Shown here one piece after another: positions 1-13,064 of a DNA stretch of 64,000 bases (position 1 is the first letter of the stretch; every line of letters begins with the position of its first letter). Under the pieces are notes generated by a model, which worked only from the letters and a program-made list of their open reading frames with translations, made no database searches and was not told the DNA's origin. The translations under genes and the position numbers were made by a program. Source of the DNA: Lama guanicoe (Eukaryota); NCBI GenBank assembly GCA_013239625.1, contig MU055753.1:1178001-1242000 (forward strand). Direction: 5' to 3'.

Positions 1-20
1 TGCAGTTAAGAGATATGTTT

Positions 21-113
21 GGAGGGGGTGGCAATTGCTTAGTGGTAGAGTGCGTGCTTAGCCTGCATGAGGTTCTGGGTGCAACCCTAGCACCTTCATT
101 TAAAAAAAAAAAA
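21..113 (+). mobile_element. tRNA-derived SINE (vic-1-like), degenerate
   Basis: tRNA-like head (gcttagtggtagagtgcgtgcttagc...ctgggt) plus A-tail. Confidence 0.8.
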
Positions 114-858
114 GGGTATGGTTGGTCTGGATTGTCATTTTGAAAGGATGAAAGCAATTAAACTCTATATTTTTGTATCTTTAGCAGGTCATCAAATACT
201 TTTAGGAAAAAATATTGTCAGATGTCTGAGTGGAAATTTTAATGGAAGGCAGAGCATTTTTTTAAGCATTAACAATTGTACTGGATGGTTGTATTCAAGC
301 TAAGTGCTATATTCTTTTAGGAGAGGTAATGAATGCAGCAGGTATTGTCCTTCTGGTCACAAGATCATGAAATCCAGAGGGTGGCTCCAATTCTTCTGCT
401 GCTTCAGATATTTGCAGTGGGTTGCAACTGGTCAGGCCTTGGCAATCTTTTTAATTAGGTTGAACCATATGAAAATGCCAACATTTGGTCATTTGGGCTA
501 TATTATAAAAACAATAATTTCATATGGTTCAACCTAATATAATAAGTTTCTCCAGCTCTTATATGTTCTGTAGCGTGAATTGGGGTTTGGTTACTACCTT
601 TAAGAATGTGTATTGCTTTCTTGTTCTAAGACAATCATACACAAGTGAACTTTAATCAGACTTGCTTCTGAGGTGGTTTGTTTCTGTGCTTCTGAATCCT
701 CCTTAAAGTTGCTGATGAATTAGAACCACTTCAGCTGACTTCTGTCTGTGGCCAGTATCATCCGTCAGCTTTAACATTAGTTTGAAAAATAATTAATGAA
801 CATGAATTGGAACTCTGAAAGTTTATTAAAATGTTTTTATTAATTTGTTTTATTTTAG

Positions 859-1099
859 TCTCAGATGCAAACATCCGTGGGAATTGTACCCACACAGGCA
901 ATTGCAACGGGCCCCACTGCAGATCCCGAAAAGCGCAAACTGATACAGCAGCAGCTGGTTCTACTGCTTCACGCTCATAAATGTCAGAGGCGGGAACAAG
1001 CCAATGGAGAGGTTCGGGCCTGCTCTCTCCCGCATTGTCGAACCATGAAAAATGTTTTGAATCACATGACACATTGTCAGGCTGGGAAAGCCTGTCAAG
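859..1099 (+). CDS. CREBBP: CREBBP exon 4 (TAZ1/CH1 N-part)
   Basis: ttttag|TCTCAGATG ... CAAG|gtaagt; 241 nt; SQMQTSVG...[18 protein letters not shown]...CQAGKACQ. Confidence 0.97.
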
Positions 1100-2336
1100 G
1101 TAAGTGCCATTTTCTGAAGTCCTGATGGCAGAGCTTAGGGTGAAATTTGTCTCTGTTGTTCTCAGGCACCTCTCTTGTTAATAAGGTTCCTGCAGCCTGC
1201 GTCCCCACACACTGACCAGTCAGGTGCCTCTGGAGCATCTGCTGAGGAGAAAGGCGATTTGCTTCTGTAATGTTCTGTGAACTTCTACTGGATGGGGCTG
1301 TGCCCTGCGTTTGCTCTTTTCTGCTTCCCTCTGTCACAAAAGACATTTGTCCCTTCTTGAGCACTGTCTTCCTCATAAATTCTTAGATCATGGTTTTCTT
1401 TTGGACAATGTAGCGCACACACGTGCATGCACATGCCCTTCCCCAAGCCTGGAGCATCTGTCTTGCAGTCGTTCTGTGTGCCCAGACTGCCAGGTCCCAC
1501 CACCTTGCTTCTCCACCTTTCCATCTTGAGGCTAATCAGGATACCAACAAAGTTGTCCTGGGGGGCTGTCTGTGATGTGGGGAGCTGCACACTGCCTCAT
1601 CCCTGCCCCTCCTTCTTTCCCTCCAGGAGGGGGTGAATCAGGCACATTACGTGCCCCACTCTCTGCTCTTCTATGGCAGACACCTCGATTCTCCTGAAGA
1701 AAGTGTTTCTTACTGACAGCTCTCCTTCCTTTAATCTTTATCCTCTTTCCTTCTCTTCTTTCTTGTGCTCCTAAACCTTGAGGAGAGTCTCTCTGATCTC
1801 CCTCTTTCCCTTTGTGACACTGTGAGTCCCCAGTGTAACTGTGATCCTGATGGAGAAGCAGAGGGTCATGCTAGACCTTTAGAGAGAAATGACAGCACCT
1901 CGATGTGGAAGTGAAGATAAAGACTGAGATTACCCTCTCAAGTCTTTGGAAAGTGCTTGGGGACCCTTTCCCAATCCTCACAGACCAACCATTTGCTTCT
2001 CTGTATTTCTTCAACTATAGTATTTAGATAGTTTCATCTTGAAACATAGCTTAATTTTTTTTATTGTAAATAGTGACATTACAGAATTATTATTTGTTCT
2101 ACCTTTCATCCCAGCTGTACAGTATTTCAGGTCGAGTAGTTTTTGTTTTGTTTTTGTTTTGTGGGCTGAACCTTAATCACCATCATTCATAACATTGCTT
2201 CTATGGGAAGTTTTTGTTTGGAATTCTCAACAGTCGACTTACAAACTTTTTGGAAAACAGCCTGTTTGTAAGTTGAGGACTGCCCGCACTGTGCTATGGT
2301 TACACTTGTTACCATTTTCTTATGGAAGCTGGCATT

Positions 2337-2540
2337 NNNNNNNNNNNNNNNNNNNNNNNNNNNNNNNNNNNNNNNNNNNNNNNNNNNNNNNNNNNNNNNN
2401 NNNNNNNNNNNNNNNNNNNNNNNNNNNNNNNNNNNNNNNNNNNNNNNNNNNNNNNNNNNNNNNNNNNNNNNNNNNNNNNNNNNNNNNNNNNNNNNNNNNN
2501 NNNNNNNNNNNNNNNNNNNNNNNNNNNNNNNNNNNNNNNN
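2337..2540 (+). other. CREBBP: N-run probably containing CREBBP exon 5 (114 nt, TAZ1 C-part)
   Basis: Exon 5 peptide (AHCASSRQIISHWKNC...) not found elsewhere between exons 4 and 6; the 204-nt gap is large enough. Inferred, not seen. Confidence 0.65.
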
Positions 2541-4714
2541 TAGAGAAGCTTGGAGATGAGAAAATAAGCTATTTCTAAAGAGATTACAGAAGAGTAGGTA
2601 GGAAGCAGGGCAGAAATTACTAACCACAAAGTTAGTGGTTCAGTGGGAGCCGAGATACCTAGGTGGAGACGTGCAGGGACCTGAGGGTGAAGCTGAGCTT
2701 AGCAAGTAGACGGGTTCTCAACGTGCTCAGTGGACGTGGTCGTTTTGGAATCCACCCCCTCCCCCGCCCCCACACTAGAATTGTCCACAGCAGAGCAGTG
2801 AGTGCAAAAGAGGAGAGTCACTTTGATCAAAGAGCCTACTTGAGGACTCTTCGTATTTCTTGAGAGATATTCAGTATCTACAGATTTGAATGTCATGTCA
2901 CTGTAATGGTGGCGACTTCGGGGTGAGGAGTGAATAGAATGGACACTTCTTTTGAAATTATCCTAAAGTAAGTTTTGAGGACTCTGTGTTCTAGAAGAGT
3001 CAGTCAGGCTGGGTCGGTATAAAATTCCACGTGCAGACATCTGGGAGGTTTTCCTCCTTGGAGATGTAGTTCCCAGACCTAGTTGCATAACTAACAATTT
3101 ATTCCGCCCAGATCGAGAGTCTCTGCCACAGGACTGGCTGCATCCTGATCATTCCCATCGTTTTGTCATCTTTCACGTCGATCTGTGTACCCTTAGCTGA
3201 TCACTTAGGCAGTGCCCTGCTCAGGAGGCCTGCATGTGGCTCCCGGGGCTTCCCTGTAGGCATCAGAGCAGGGAATGGGTGAGCATCTCTCCCCAGTTTT
3301 CAGTCCTCTCCTGTCATTTCAGAGGGAAAACTGTGGTCTTTGGGTGTGTCCCTCAGTGTGGACATTTAGGATGTGCCCTTCGATCTCATGTTGCCCCTAG
3401 GGCTGGAGCTGCTCCCCATGACTCCAGCACTGTCTTCATCTTCCTCCATCTCGTCTGTTCCATCTTGCCACCCTCCCCTGTTTGTGGTTATGTGTTCATT
3501 ACTCTCATTCTTCTTGATCATCTTCCTCCAGACCCCACTGCTGCCTGGAGAACGTGTGCTGCTTTTCTTTCTGGTTGTTTCCAAGTGGCACCAGGAAAGA
3601 TGGACAAGCACACTGTTCCTCAGAGCACTGTGCAGCCTGAGTGCCTTCCTCTCAACAAGCCCAACTCCCTCCCTCACACAGCGGAGTGTCCACGTCACCA
3701 GAGAGACGTTCCAGGGTCACTGTCATCCTCCCTCCCTCCCTGCAGGAGTTATACTAAGTTTCCTTTAAAAATCACTTTCCTAAATCAGTTAAATTATACT
3801 TTGATTAACCAAAAATTGAGTTAATACATGATTTTCAAGGTCATCTCTTATATAAAGTGAAATTCTAGGAATCTAGATCTTCTAGAACCAAATATTTGGG
3901 ACAGTAGTTCTAGTGGAATACAGTCTGGTTTTCTTCTTTATTGGTATAAAACTTTTTTTTAACACGTATGTTGTGATGGTTATAATTTGTTGTGTTTTAG
4001 AATGTATTTCAGTCATAGGCTCTTCAAGTGCCAAAATACTCATTGTCGGGTTTGTGGTTACACAGTATTAATTTCATGAATAATGAATTTTAGGAGATTT
4101 TTTAACTTGTAATTTGGGGGGGGTGGCTCTTCTGGAATCTTTTGGTTTTTAATATGTATTGCCATAGCAATTGTAAACTTTTGTGATTTCACTTTTTAAG
4201 AAACACTTTGTGTGGTTTTTGTTTAAAAAAAGAAAAGCATTGAATGTGGTTTTTTTTTTTTTTTTAACATCCTTGTAACTGCCTGACTTGTAACAATTGA
4301 TCCAGTGCGTGCTCTCAGAAGTGGTAAACCACAGTGTTTCTTCTAGTCATAATGTAAGGTGTTACCAGGGTAATTTTATAATACAGAGTCACAGAGAATA
4401 TGTAGATTAACTTTGTTCAAGTTTTGGCAATTTTTCATGAAAGAAATGAAAGCTTTTTTTTTTTTAATGCTTCTCAAATTAGGTTTCCACTTGAGTGTAT
4501 TCCTTTGGCTTTAGCACTATAGTTTTGTGACTACAAAGGAATTTGATGAGTGAGAAAGCTTTAGCAATTTATTTTCTGTAAATTTTTTTTGTTGTTTCTC
4601 CTCTCCTAAAGCAAATTGTGCTTAACATGTGTGAACACTGAGCTTAAACAATAGAGAGGAATATTGGTCTGACCCTCCGATAGCTTAAAGTCAGTTCCAC
4701 TGTTAGAATATATA

Positions 4715-4900
4715 CAGCTGACCCTTGAACAACTCAGGGGTTGAGGCGCCATTGCCCTGCACAGACAAAATTCTACACGATTCCACATCTGCAGATTCAA
4801 CCAACATGAGCAATGTGTTACTATAGTATTTACTATTGAAAAAAATCCATGTATAAGTGGACCTGTGCAGTTCAGACTTGTGTTGTTTAAGGGTCAGCTG
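4715..4900. mobile_element. Tc1/mariner-Tigger family MITE (Tigger2/MER8-like)
   Basis: TIRs CAGCTGACCCTTGAACAAC / GTTGTTTAAGGGTCAGCTG (18/19 match) flanked by TA on both sides. Confidence 0.85.
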
Positions 4901-5613
4901 TACCTGTACCTCACAGGAGTGAGGTAGAGACAGGTCAGTAGTATAGATATCCCTGGAACGGTGTATCAGATTGTGCTGGAGGGCGGGGCTTGGTGAAGCC
5001 CAATTTTAATAAAGTAACAATGGAAGAGCATTTTAGACAGCACCAGCAGTGGCTGCACAGCTGGCCTGCCTGCAGGGCACACATCTGACTGCACTCAAGG
5101 TCCCTGTGCAAGCCAGGTGATTCGGGGAGACAGGGACCCCTGGGGACCGTCGGAGACCCACCTGTGCCCACCGAGGCTGTGCTTTCCAGGCAGGATTCCC
5201 CACAGATGCTCACCCCACCCGATGCACACGTCTCATTGTCTTAACTTGTCTCGTTGATATGTCTGTTGAGAGAACCTGCCAGAATCCCCTGTGGAGCTTA
5301 CCCAGTGGTCATTGAAATGAAATCCAGTTACTTTTTTGCCCTGTATTGAGAATTTGTTTGATTTTTCTTTGAGTTGTTTTCCAGAGATTCTGTAACCACT
5401 GATCTTGAGTTATCCATCCTTTGTAGAGATGATCAGATTTTATTGAATAATTAAGATTTTGAAAGGTATTTATCTCATATCAGTCCTCGCATCTGACTCC
5501 CAGTTAATTTCAGTACACAGGATGGCATGGGGAATGGGAACTGTGTGAACACATGGCTGAATTCCCTATTTGAACTCATGTTGCCTCGTCAGTATGATTT
5601 TTGGTACTCAAAG

Positions 5614-5766
5614 TGTGGTTCTCAAACCAACTTCATAGGCACCCCCAGGATGCTTGTTAGAAATGCAGAAACTTGAATCCTGTCCCAGACCTTCTGTGCT
5701 GTTAGACTGCATTTTCACAGATTCCCAGGTGATTGGGATGCACATTAACAGCTGAGACGCACTGCT
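5614..5766. mobile_element. MER5-like hAT-Charlie non-autonomous element
   Basis: gtggttctcaaac...cttgttagaaatgcaga...ctgcatttt...cccaggtgatt...cactg motifs, recognised by eye. Confidence 0.7.
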
Positions 5767-8700
5767 TTGGGTGCCTTGAAGGGTGGACTGTCTGTTCCAG
5801 AGCTCTTGAGAAGGTGTAAGTCATTTTCTGAGGGAACCCTGGGTTTCCCAACTCAGACCAGAAGGACTGTGAAAACAGATGCTACATGGTCAGAGCCAAA
5901 CCAGACCTGCTCACTGCCTACAGCTAGCTGCCTTGGACCCAGGCTGCCACACGTGAGCCTCAGCAGTCCTCAGACCCATTGCTTGAATACCTCTATTGGC
6001 TTAACGCTCTCTGCCTGTCCTACTGTGTGTTTCAGTATTGGGCACCTCTGACTGAGATGCATTCCTTCATGATATTGAGTCCAGATCTACCGCCTCAAAA
6101 CTTGCACTCAGGACGCCTGCTGGGCGCTTAGTGGGCGCTTGTTGAACAGGAGCTCGACTCGCCTGAGGGCTCTTCAGACTCTCAGACACCTCTCCTGACA
6201 GCCCGTGTTGGGGCCGGAACAGAGGGGCAGTGGAATCTCAGCGGCCATAGGGACAGCATTGAGCTTGTTTGTCCTGATTTAAGTACCAGACAATCACTGT
6301 TGATCTTCTTCATTGAAATGGCTTTGTCCTTGCTCTTCTGGGTGATACGGTGTTGCCATTCTGAGTCATTTGGCTTCTGAGGAAAACGCCCTGAAGAGTG
6401 TGCATTCTGGCTTGCTGACGGCTGTGATGGGAGGCCTGGCACTGAGGCCTGGCTGTTCCCCTTTGCTCTCTTGCCCTGTACTGTGCACATGAAGATGCTG
6501 GAAAAGAGGGCACTCCTGGTGCACCGCGTATGCGGAGCCATGTGCTGTGGGAGCAGCCCTGCAGAGACATTTGCAGGTCTGAGTCAATTCCAGCCTGACT
6601 TTCTCAGTAGAAATCTTAGATAGTAGCTGCTTTGACTGCTTCATGGTATGTCTCCCACCATCTGACAAAGCTCTGGGATTCAGTGTGTCTGCTTTCATTG
6701 GATTTCTATATTGAGTACTATTTTTCTGAGTTTCTGGTGAGTTGAATATTGCAAGTTAGCAACGTGTATTATACATGGAACTTCTTAGTAGGACAGTCTT
6801 TGTGCCCACTGGGGAAGGACTGCCTTGAAAAGTGATGGGCGAGTCCTGGACAGAGCCCACTGTAAAACTCGGCCTTTTATATTCTGGGTCATGGGCTCCT
6901 GATTTGGCTGCAACAGAAGGGAAGGGTGAGGCACTGGAGGGTTGGGGGTGCTTTGAAGACGTGCTGAGAGCAGGAGTGCCCAGCTGGTGCTCAGGGGAAA
7001 GGAGCCCACACTTTACTGAGACGTTTGGGGACACTGTGTGACACCCATAGCTTAAGGACTGATTGTTCATGAAGCATAGCATTAAGCTCCAAGAGAGGAA
7101 ACAAGATATAAACATGGCCAAAAGAACAGGAGCTTTTGACATTTAAAGAAGTAAACATCAATAATGTGTAAAAGTGATTGACTTAGAAGACCGCATGCTC
7201 AGTGATACCGGCTGAACAAAATGCTGCTGCTTTTAGCGCTCCTTTATGTCTTGTTCAGTCTCCAAGGCCTCAGTGCGGCGGCGCCAGGCGGGCGCGCAGG
7301 ATGCCGGGCGCGCTGCTGGCGGCGGCTGCTCCCATGGGCTGGGCACCTCGCTGGGAGAATGTAGAGGAGTCACACGTCCGCCCGCCTTCAGGGGGTGTGC
7401 AGGGAGAGAGATGGGCGCGGCTGTCTCCAGCACAGGGTCCGGAGCTGCAGGCCCCCGTCGTTAGGTGATGATTAGGGACATTTGTTGCTCTTCTAGAAGA
7501 CCCTGTGCTCCACGTGTGCAGACTTTGTGCTCACACTGTATCCTGGAGCCCAGCAGAGGGAGTGAGGGAGGGTAACCAACAGCCCAAAGAGGAGCCGAGA
7601 CCAGTAGGCACTGTGGGAATTTAGGGGACAGTGACTGGTGCCCGAGGGTTGATGGAGAGGTAGAGTTACGGTTGCGTTTACCTCGTAACTCCCCTTTCAG
7701 TCAGCCATCAACCGCGTAGGAAACGCACCCGTCCCCTCACTCCGAAGTATTTGTGTTATCCGGAGTAGATTTGGACTCAAGTTGGGCCATGCCTAAATGT
7801 CAGAGACCTTTTTTTCGTTTGTATTTTGTTTTCCTTATTTCCAAATTGTTAGGAATGTCAAGTACCAAATGGCTACTTGTCTTTAGATAGGTATGATTTC
7901 TTTTAAAATAAAATATGCTAATGTTTACATTTAGGAAATAAATGCTTTTAACACAAACACAAAATACTCTGACCATGTCAGCAGCTTCCCTGGGAAGTGC
8001 TGGCTGCCCCATAAGTAGCCTTGGGCTTGGGAATGGCATTCATCCTAGGGTGGAGAGTTTTGGCTAGAAGGATGGCATTTGGGGAAGTGTAGTTGCAGCG
8101 GATTATAGTAGGAAGAAGTCGTCGTTAAAGCACAGCTAGCTATTACCTCTTCACACAGAAACGGAAGGCCACCTAGACCTTGTTTCTTTAAATTCCTCTC
8201 CACAGTGGATCATTCTGTATATCCAGCGTAGTCTGGGCCTGTTCTTTCTTGTACCGCAAGGTGACAGAAAAGTAAACCTACCATTAGAACTTCACATATC
8301 ATAGTTCTTTTGGAAAATTAAGCATGTCAGTTTTAGGAGTATAATAGCATGTGTTTAAGTTTTGGGGACAGTTTTACCTATTAGGAAAAAAAATACTTTT
8401 AAAGGTATTATACATGAGTTATTTTAGCTACACACTTGTCATAAAGTATACCTTGGGAATTGCTTTTCATTTATAATAATGAGGTGCTTGGTGTGTGTAA
8501 TTGTGTCTAATGAGCATTAATGAGTTTGAGATCTGAATATCCTTATTAGAAAAGTTAATAGAATGAAATGTGTAATTATCAAGGTTTTTTTTACACATTT
8601 CAGTTTAATTTTCTCTGATAAGTATTTGAGTTGTTTAGGTCATAGTGCACTTATGATAATGTAAGAATACTGCTATTACATATAATAGTACGAATTTTAA

Positions 8701-9825
8701 AGAAAGGCTTTGTGATAGTGTTTTATGTATCAAAGATCATGGTTCCATATCAGTTTTATAAGCTGCTATTTATGACATGACTGTAAAGTTTGAGGAAAGT
8801 AGAAAGAGAGGAACTCAGGAATAAGTGGTATGATGTAAAACTTCTGCCATCTGGTGAGTGCTTGCCAAATAAGGACATTTGGATGGATAGACAGATGGAC
8901 ACATGGAAGTTTGGAGTCATCTCTTTTAACTTTGAAGCCTTTGGGAATGGGGCTCTTTATGTTGCCATAGACTTTCTTTAGTCTTCTGGGATTAGCCTGG
9001 AAGGTAGGGTAGCTAGAGGGAACACCCCGCATGCTCACCGCAGGCTGGGCCGGGGGAGTCAGCTCTGATTATCAGTGGTGCTGAGGTGGCGCCTGGATGA
9101 ACGAATATCCATGCACAGTTGCCAAGCCTCGATCCATCAGCTTGACCAGTCACTCCGTCAATTACAGTATTTCTTGAACAGCTTTATGTGGCAGAGCTCA
9201 GCATGGCACCCTCCTGCATAGGAAATTCATAGGAAAGAAAACTGTAAGTTACATGGTCACTGAATACCGAAGATTTCAAGGAAGTTCAGTTTTGTCATTT
9301 GGGAGATCATGTCATAGATCTTAATTGAGTTATTAATTAGTAACAAAACTGACCCAACTGGGTATCGCCTCTGCTCCTTCTGTTAGGCCTTCTGTACCTG
9401 TGCCGGTGAGCAGTGAAGGACCGGGGGCTCCTTAGCTCATCTCGGAGGTGGCTGATGACCCCCAAAGAATCACAGGCTTTCTGTTGTCATATGTTTGCCA
9501 TTCCTCCAGAGCTGACTTCTTACGAGGCTGTAGTATAATGCACACTAATTTTGATGAAGTGATTGCTGATTTCGTCCGTTACTTTCTAACACAGAAGCTT
9601 GAATTTTCTTTAGCTTTTTGCTCCTCAGCTACTGCCGTGAAGATTAGATGAATAGAATAGGAGCCTTCTCTCTGCACATCTCCTTTCTTGGTAGCCTTGT
9701 TCCAGCATTCATGACATATATAGGTGGTCTTCTGATAAAATTTTACTTGCTTTTCAGTAGTTTTTAAACCATTCTTGACTTCTCCCTTTTACTTAACTTT
9801 CTTGTTTGTCTGTTTGTTGTTGTAG

Positions 9826-10068
9826 CCATCCTGGGGTCGCCAGCTAGTGGAATTCAAAACACAATTGGTTCTGTTGGCACAGGCCAACAGAATGCCACTT
9901 CTTTAAGTAACCCAAATCCCATAGACCCCAGCTCCATGCAACGAGCGTATGCTGCTCTTGGACTCCCCTACCTGAACCAGCCTCAGACCCAGCTGCAGCC
10001 TCAGGTTCCTGGCCAGCAACCAGCACAGCCTCAAACTCACCAGCAGATGAGGACTCTGAACCCCCTGG
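9826..10068 (+). CDS. CREBBP: CREBBP exon 6
   Basis: tgtag|CCATCCTGGGG ... CTGG|gtaggt; 243 nt; ILGSPASGIQN...QMRTLNPL. Confidence 0.96.
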
Positions 10069-10874
10069 GTAGGTGAAGGAACTCTCGGGAATTTCTTTGT
10101 CCAAATGCAGCACTGGGAATGGCAAGTCTTCCTGGAACCCAAGGCTGTTTCAGTTATTGTCTTTACTTTAAATTCAAATTAATATATGCATATACCACGG
10201 TGATAGTATCCTTTAAATGTGAAATTAAAAACTTCCAGGAAAAGGCTAAAATGTTGGGTGCATGGAAGATGTTAGAGGCTTTTAAGATGAATAGTATTTG
10301 CAAATGAATCAACTTTTTGGTCATTTCTCTGTGGACAGTTTCCATAAATGGCATTTCATATGGCTCAGATTGCAAAATCTCACAAGTTAGAATAGTCATT
10401 GTACCATTTGTTTGTTGGAGAACTTGAGGGTGGGCTGCAGTTGCTAGCACATCTTGGTTATGGGCTACCTCATGGCTGGAAGTGACTGGCCTGGACATGG
10501 CAGGTTAACAGGAGTCTCAGAATCTCTCTTGTCTTAGACTTCTCTATAAATTAGTATTTCCTAGTGTTATCTTAACCCATTGATTGCCAGTGTTTGGTCA
10601 TTTGCACATATATCTCCTCAATTTTTGTCATCTCTGCATATTGTTTCCTTAATATTTTTCTTTAAATTGACATAGTCCTTTTAAGCTTAGGCTTAGGCCA
10701 GGCAGTTACATCAGTCAAGTCAAGTCAAGGCTGTTATACTAATTTTGTTCTCTCCCTAATAGAGTATTTTAACCTTAAAAATGACTCTTAAAAATGACCA
10801 ATTAAAGACATCACATTTGTTCCTTTTTGGAAAGCAATTGCCTTCATGTATCTCTGACTCCTGCTGGCTAGGAG

Positions 10875-11030
10875 ACTGGGTTGGAGTCCTGAAACTTGAG
10901 TTCTAATCTGACTCCACTTCTATTGATGGTAGAATCTGGGACAAGACTGTTAACCTCTCTGTGTTCCAACTTTTTCTTACTTTAAAATGAAGACTAGACA
11001 AATTGACCTTTTATGTTTTCACCTGCACTT
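10875..11030 (+). mobile_element. MIR fragment
   Basis: gagttctaatctgactccactt...ggacaag...ttaacctctctgtg...aaaatga core-like motifs. Confidence 0.6.
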
Positions 11031-11178
11031 AATTTCTATGATTTTATTTTCTGATAATGCCCCCCAAAAACCAAAACCCCCCCAAAACAAAAGATGACGC
11101 AAATATATGTGACAAGTCAGCTTACTTGTTTAGGGCATGATATTAATGAAGCCAGAATCAAGATCTGAAGTTGCAGCA

Positions 11179-11317
11179 GGGAGGGTAGAGCTCAGTGGTA
11201 GAGGACGTGCTTAGCATACAGAGGGTCCTGGGTTCAGTCCCCAGTGCCTCCTCCCAAAATAAATAAATAAATAAACCTAATTACCTCCCACCTAAAAATA
11301 AAAAAAATTTTTTAAAA
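11179..11317 (+). mobile_element. tRNA-derived SINE (vic-1-like)
   Basis: gggagggtagagctcagtggtagag...gggttcagtcccc head, (AATA)n-acctaattac tail; TSD atct(g/t)aagttgcag at 11163-11176 and 11318-11331. Confidence 0.88.
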
Positions 11318-11612
11318 ATCTTAAGTTGCAGATGGATCATTTCTGATTTTTTTCCACAGCCATGGAGTGCTTATGTCTCCATAAAAATGCCCTATTTGGG
11401 TTATAAAGTACAATGGGAAAGAGCCTGCAACTGAATTTATACATCGATCACTGTTACTGAAAATATAACTCCCAGAGTTCCTGCTATAGTGTTAATATTG
11501 TAACTCCTAAGAATCACTTATTTATATGTGATTTGTTTATCTGTTATCAGGACTTTAAAATGTGTGTTATAAATTAGGAGTTGGTTGATTTTTTTTTTTT
11601 CTGTCTTTAAAG

Positions 11613-11715
11613 GAAATAACCCAATGAACATTCCAGCAGGAGGAATCACAACAGATCAGCAACCACCAAACTTGATTTCAGAATCAGCTCTTCCAACTTC
11701 CCTCGGGGCCACAAA
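11613..11715 (+). CDS. CREBBP: CREBBP exon 7
   Basis: aaag|GAAATAAC ... ACAAA|gtaaga; 103 nt; NNPMNIPAGGITTDQQPPNLISESALPTSLGAT. Confidence 0.96.
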
Positions 11716-11776
11716 GTAAGACCCATGTTCCATTTGGCTCTTGTCTGAGTGAAACTAGCACTGACAGTGGACTGGG

Positions 11777-11849
11777 GTGCTGTACACCAGGAATTGACAC
11801 AACATTGTAAACTGTCTATACTTCAATAAAAACATAGCTTAAAAAAAAA
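11777..11849 (+). mobile_element. Extremely 5'-truncated L1 (3' tail only)
   Basis: tgctgtacaccag...ttgtaaa...AATAAA + A10; perfect 11-bp TSD agtggactggg at 11766-11776 and 11850-11860; similar to the L1 3' end near 27590-27640. Confidence 0.85.
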
Positions 11850-12079
11850 AGTGGACTGGGACTCACACGAAACTCTTGATTCTTTCTAAATGTGTGGCAG
11901 AGAAAGTAGTTTAAACAGGGCGGGTGGGTACTGTTTCTCTTTCTTCCTTTCTTTTCAAAATCATAAATGTAGAACAGAGAGTAAAGTTTAAAGTCACACA
12001 TGGTTGAAGAACCTTAGTTGGATGAAGTGCATCTGAGCCACTTCAGCGGCTGGATGAAGTGTTCTTATCCTTCCCTCAG

Positions 12080-12226
12080 CCCACTGATGAATGACGGCTC
12101 CAACTCGGGCAACATTGGCACCCTCAGCACTATATCGACAGCAGCACCTCCTTCCAGCACTGGTGTTAGGAAAGGCTGGCACGAACATGTCACTCAGGAC
12201 CTGCGGAGCCATCTGGTGCATAAACT
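12080..12226 (+). CDS. CREBBP: CREBBP exon 8 (KIX start)
   Basis: ctcag|CCCACTG ... AAACT|gtatgt; 147 nt; PLMNDGS...GVRKGWHEHVTQDLRSHLVHK. Confidence 0.97.
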
Positions 12227-13064
12227 GTATGTGGCCACCTCACCCATCATTCACATGTGATGTAAACATTTTGTGGCTAATGGCTATGTGACAGTTTTAC
12301 AGGTTCATCAGTGTCTGATTTACTTCCTAAGTGGTGTCCTGGGCCCCAGGTGACAGTACCCTAACAGCTAATGCATGTTACATGCTTGTTTAGGGAGGCC
12401 ATAGAATCCTAGACCCTGTATCCCTGGTGGGTGGCACCAGAGCATCTGTGGCTCTGCCCTGCAGAGGAGCATGAACCATGTCTCAAAGGACCAGACCTGT
12501 TTTCGGAACTCTGGGATACACTTTGGGAGCTGGGATTAGCTCAGAAGCCTTGCATTATTTTATGGCTCAAAATTATAGTTGTGGAGACCATGAGAATTGG
12601 CAGGATTTGGGCCTCATGAATGCAGACAGCATGACAATACCATCATACAGTCACTTAACATACAGGAAGTTAGTAGTTAACTTTCTCTGGCTAGTTAAGC
12701 TGAATTGAAGGTGTGGTTAATCAACTCAGTTCCCTTAGGGGTTCCCCCCACCACCACTATTTTAATCAAAATTTTTATAAGAAATAGTTTAATACTAGAA
12801 ATTCTTTAAATGATCTGGCAGCTATTGTTAATAGCAAAATATTGGTATGTTTGACTTGGAGATAAATTGGCAGGTCAGTATTGTCTCTAGAGTGGCTTCA
12901 TTTGTGTAATCGTAAACTAGGAGAAAGAGATTTGGGGGTTCTCTCAACAAGGTGTCGTCCCCAGAGGTAGATGGTTCTGTTTCGTTCTTTCCGTGTAACG
13001 TACAAAATGGCAGGATATTGATGTTGTTTTGAAAGTAAATTGAGAGGGTGCATTGTCCTTTCAG

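Noticed and set aside
21-113. tRNA-like sequences here and at 11179, 14962, 24396 and 62100
   Set aside because: A-rich tails, target-site duplications and degenerate stems show they are SINEs, not tRNA genes
859-864. Tandem acceptor TAG-TCT-CAG at exon 4
   Set aside because: Would only remove Ser-Gln in a disordered region; common pattern, and use cannot be judged from sequence
3234-3824. 196-aa and overlapping 131-aa intronic ORFs
   Set aside because: Pyrimidine-rich low-complexity sequence, no domain, and no splice context fitting CREBBP
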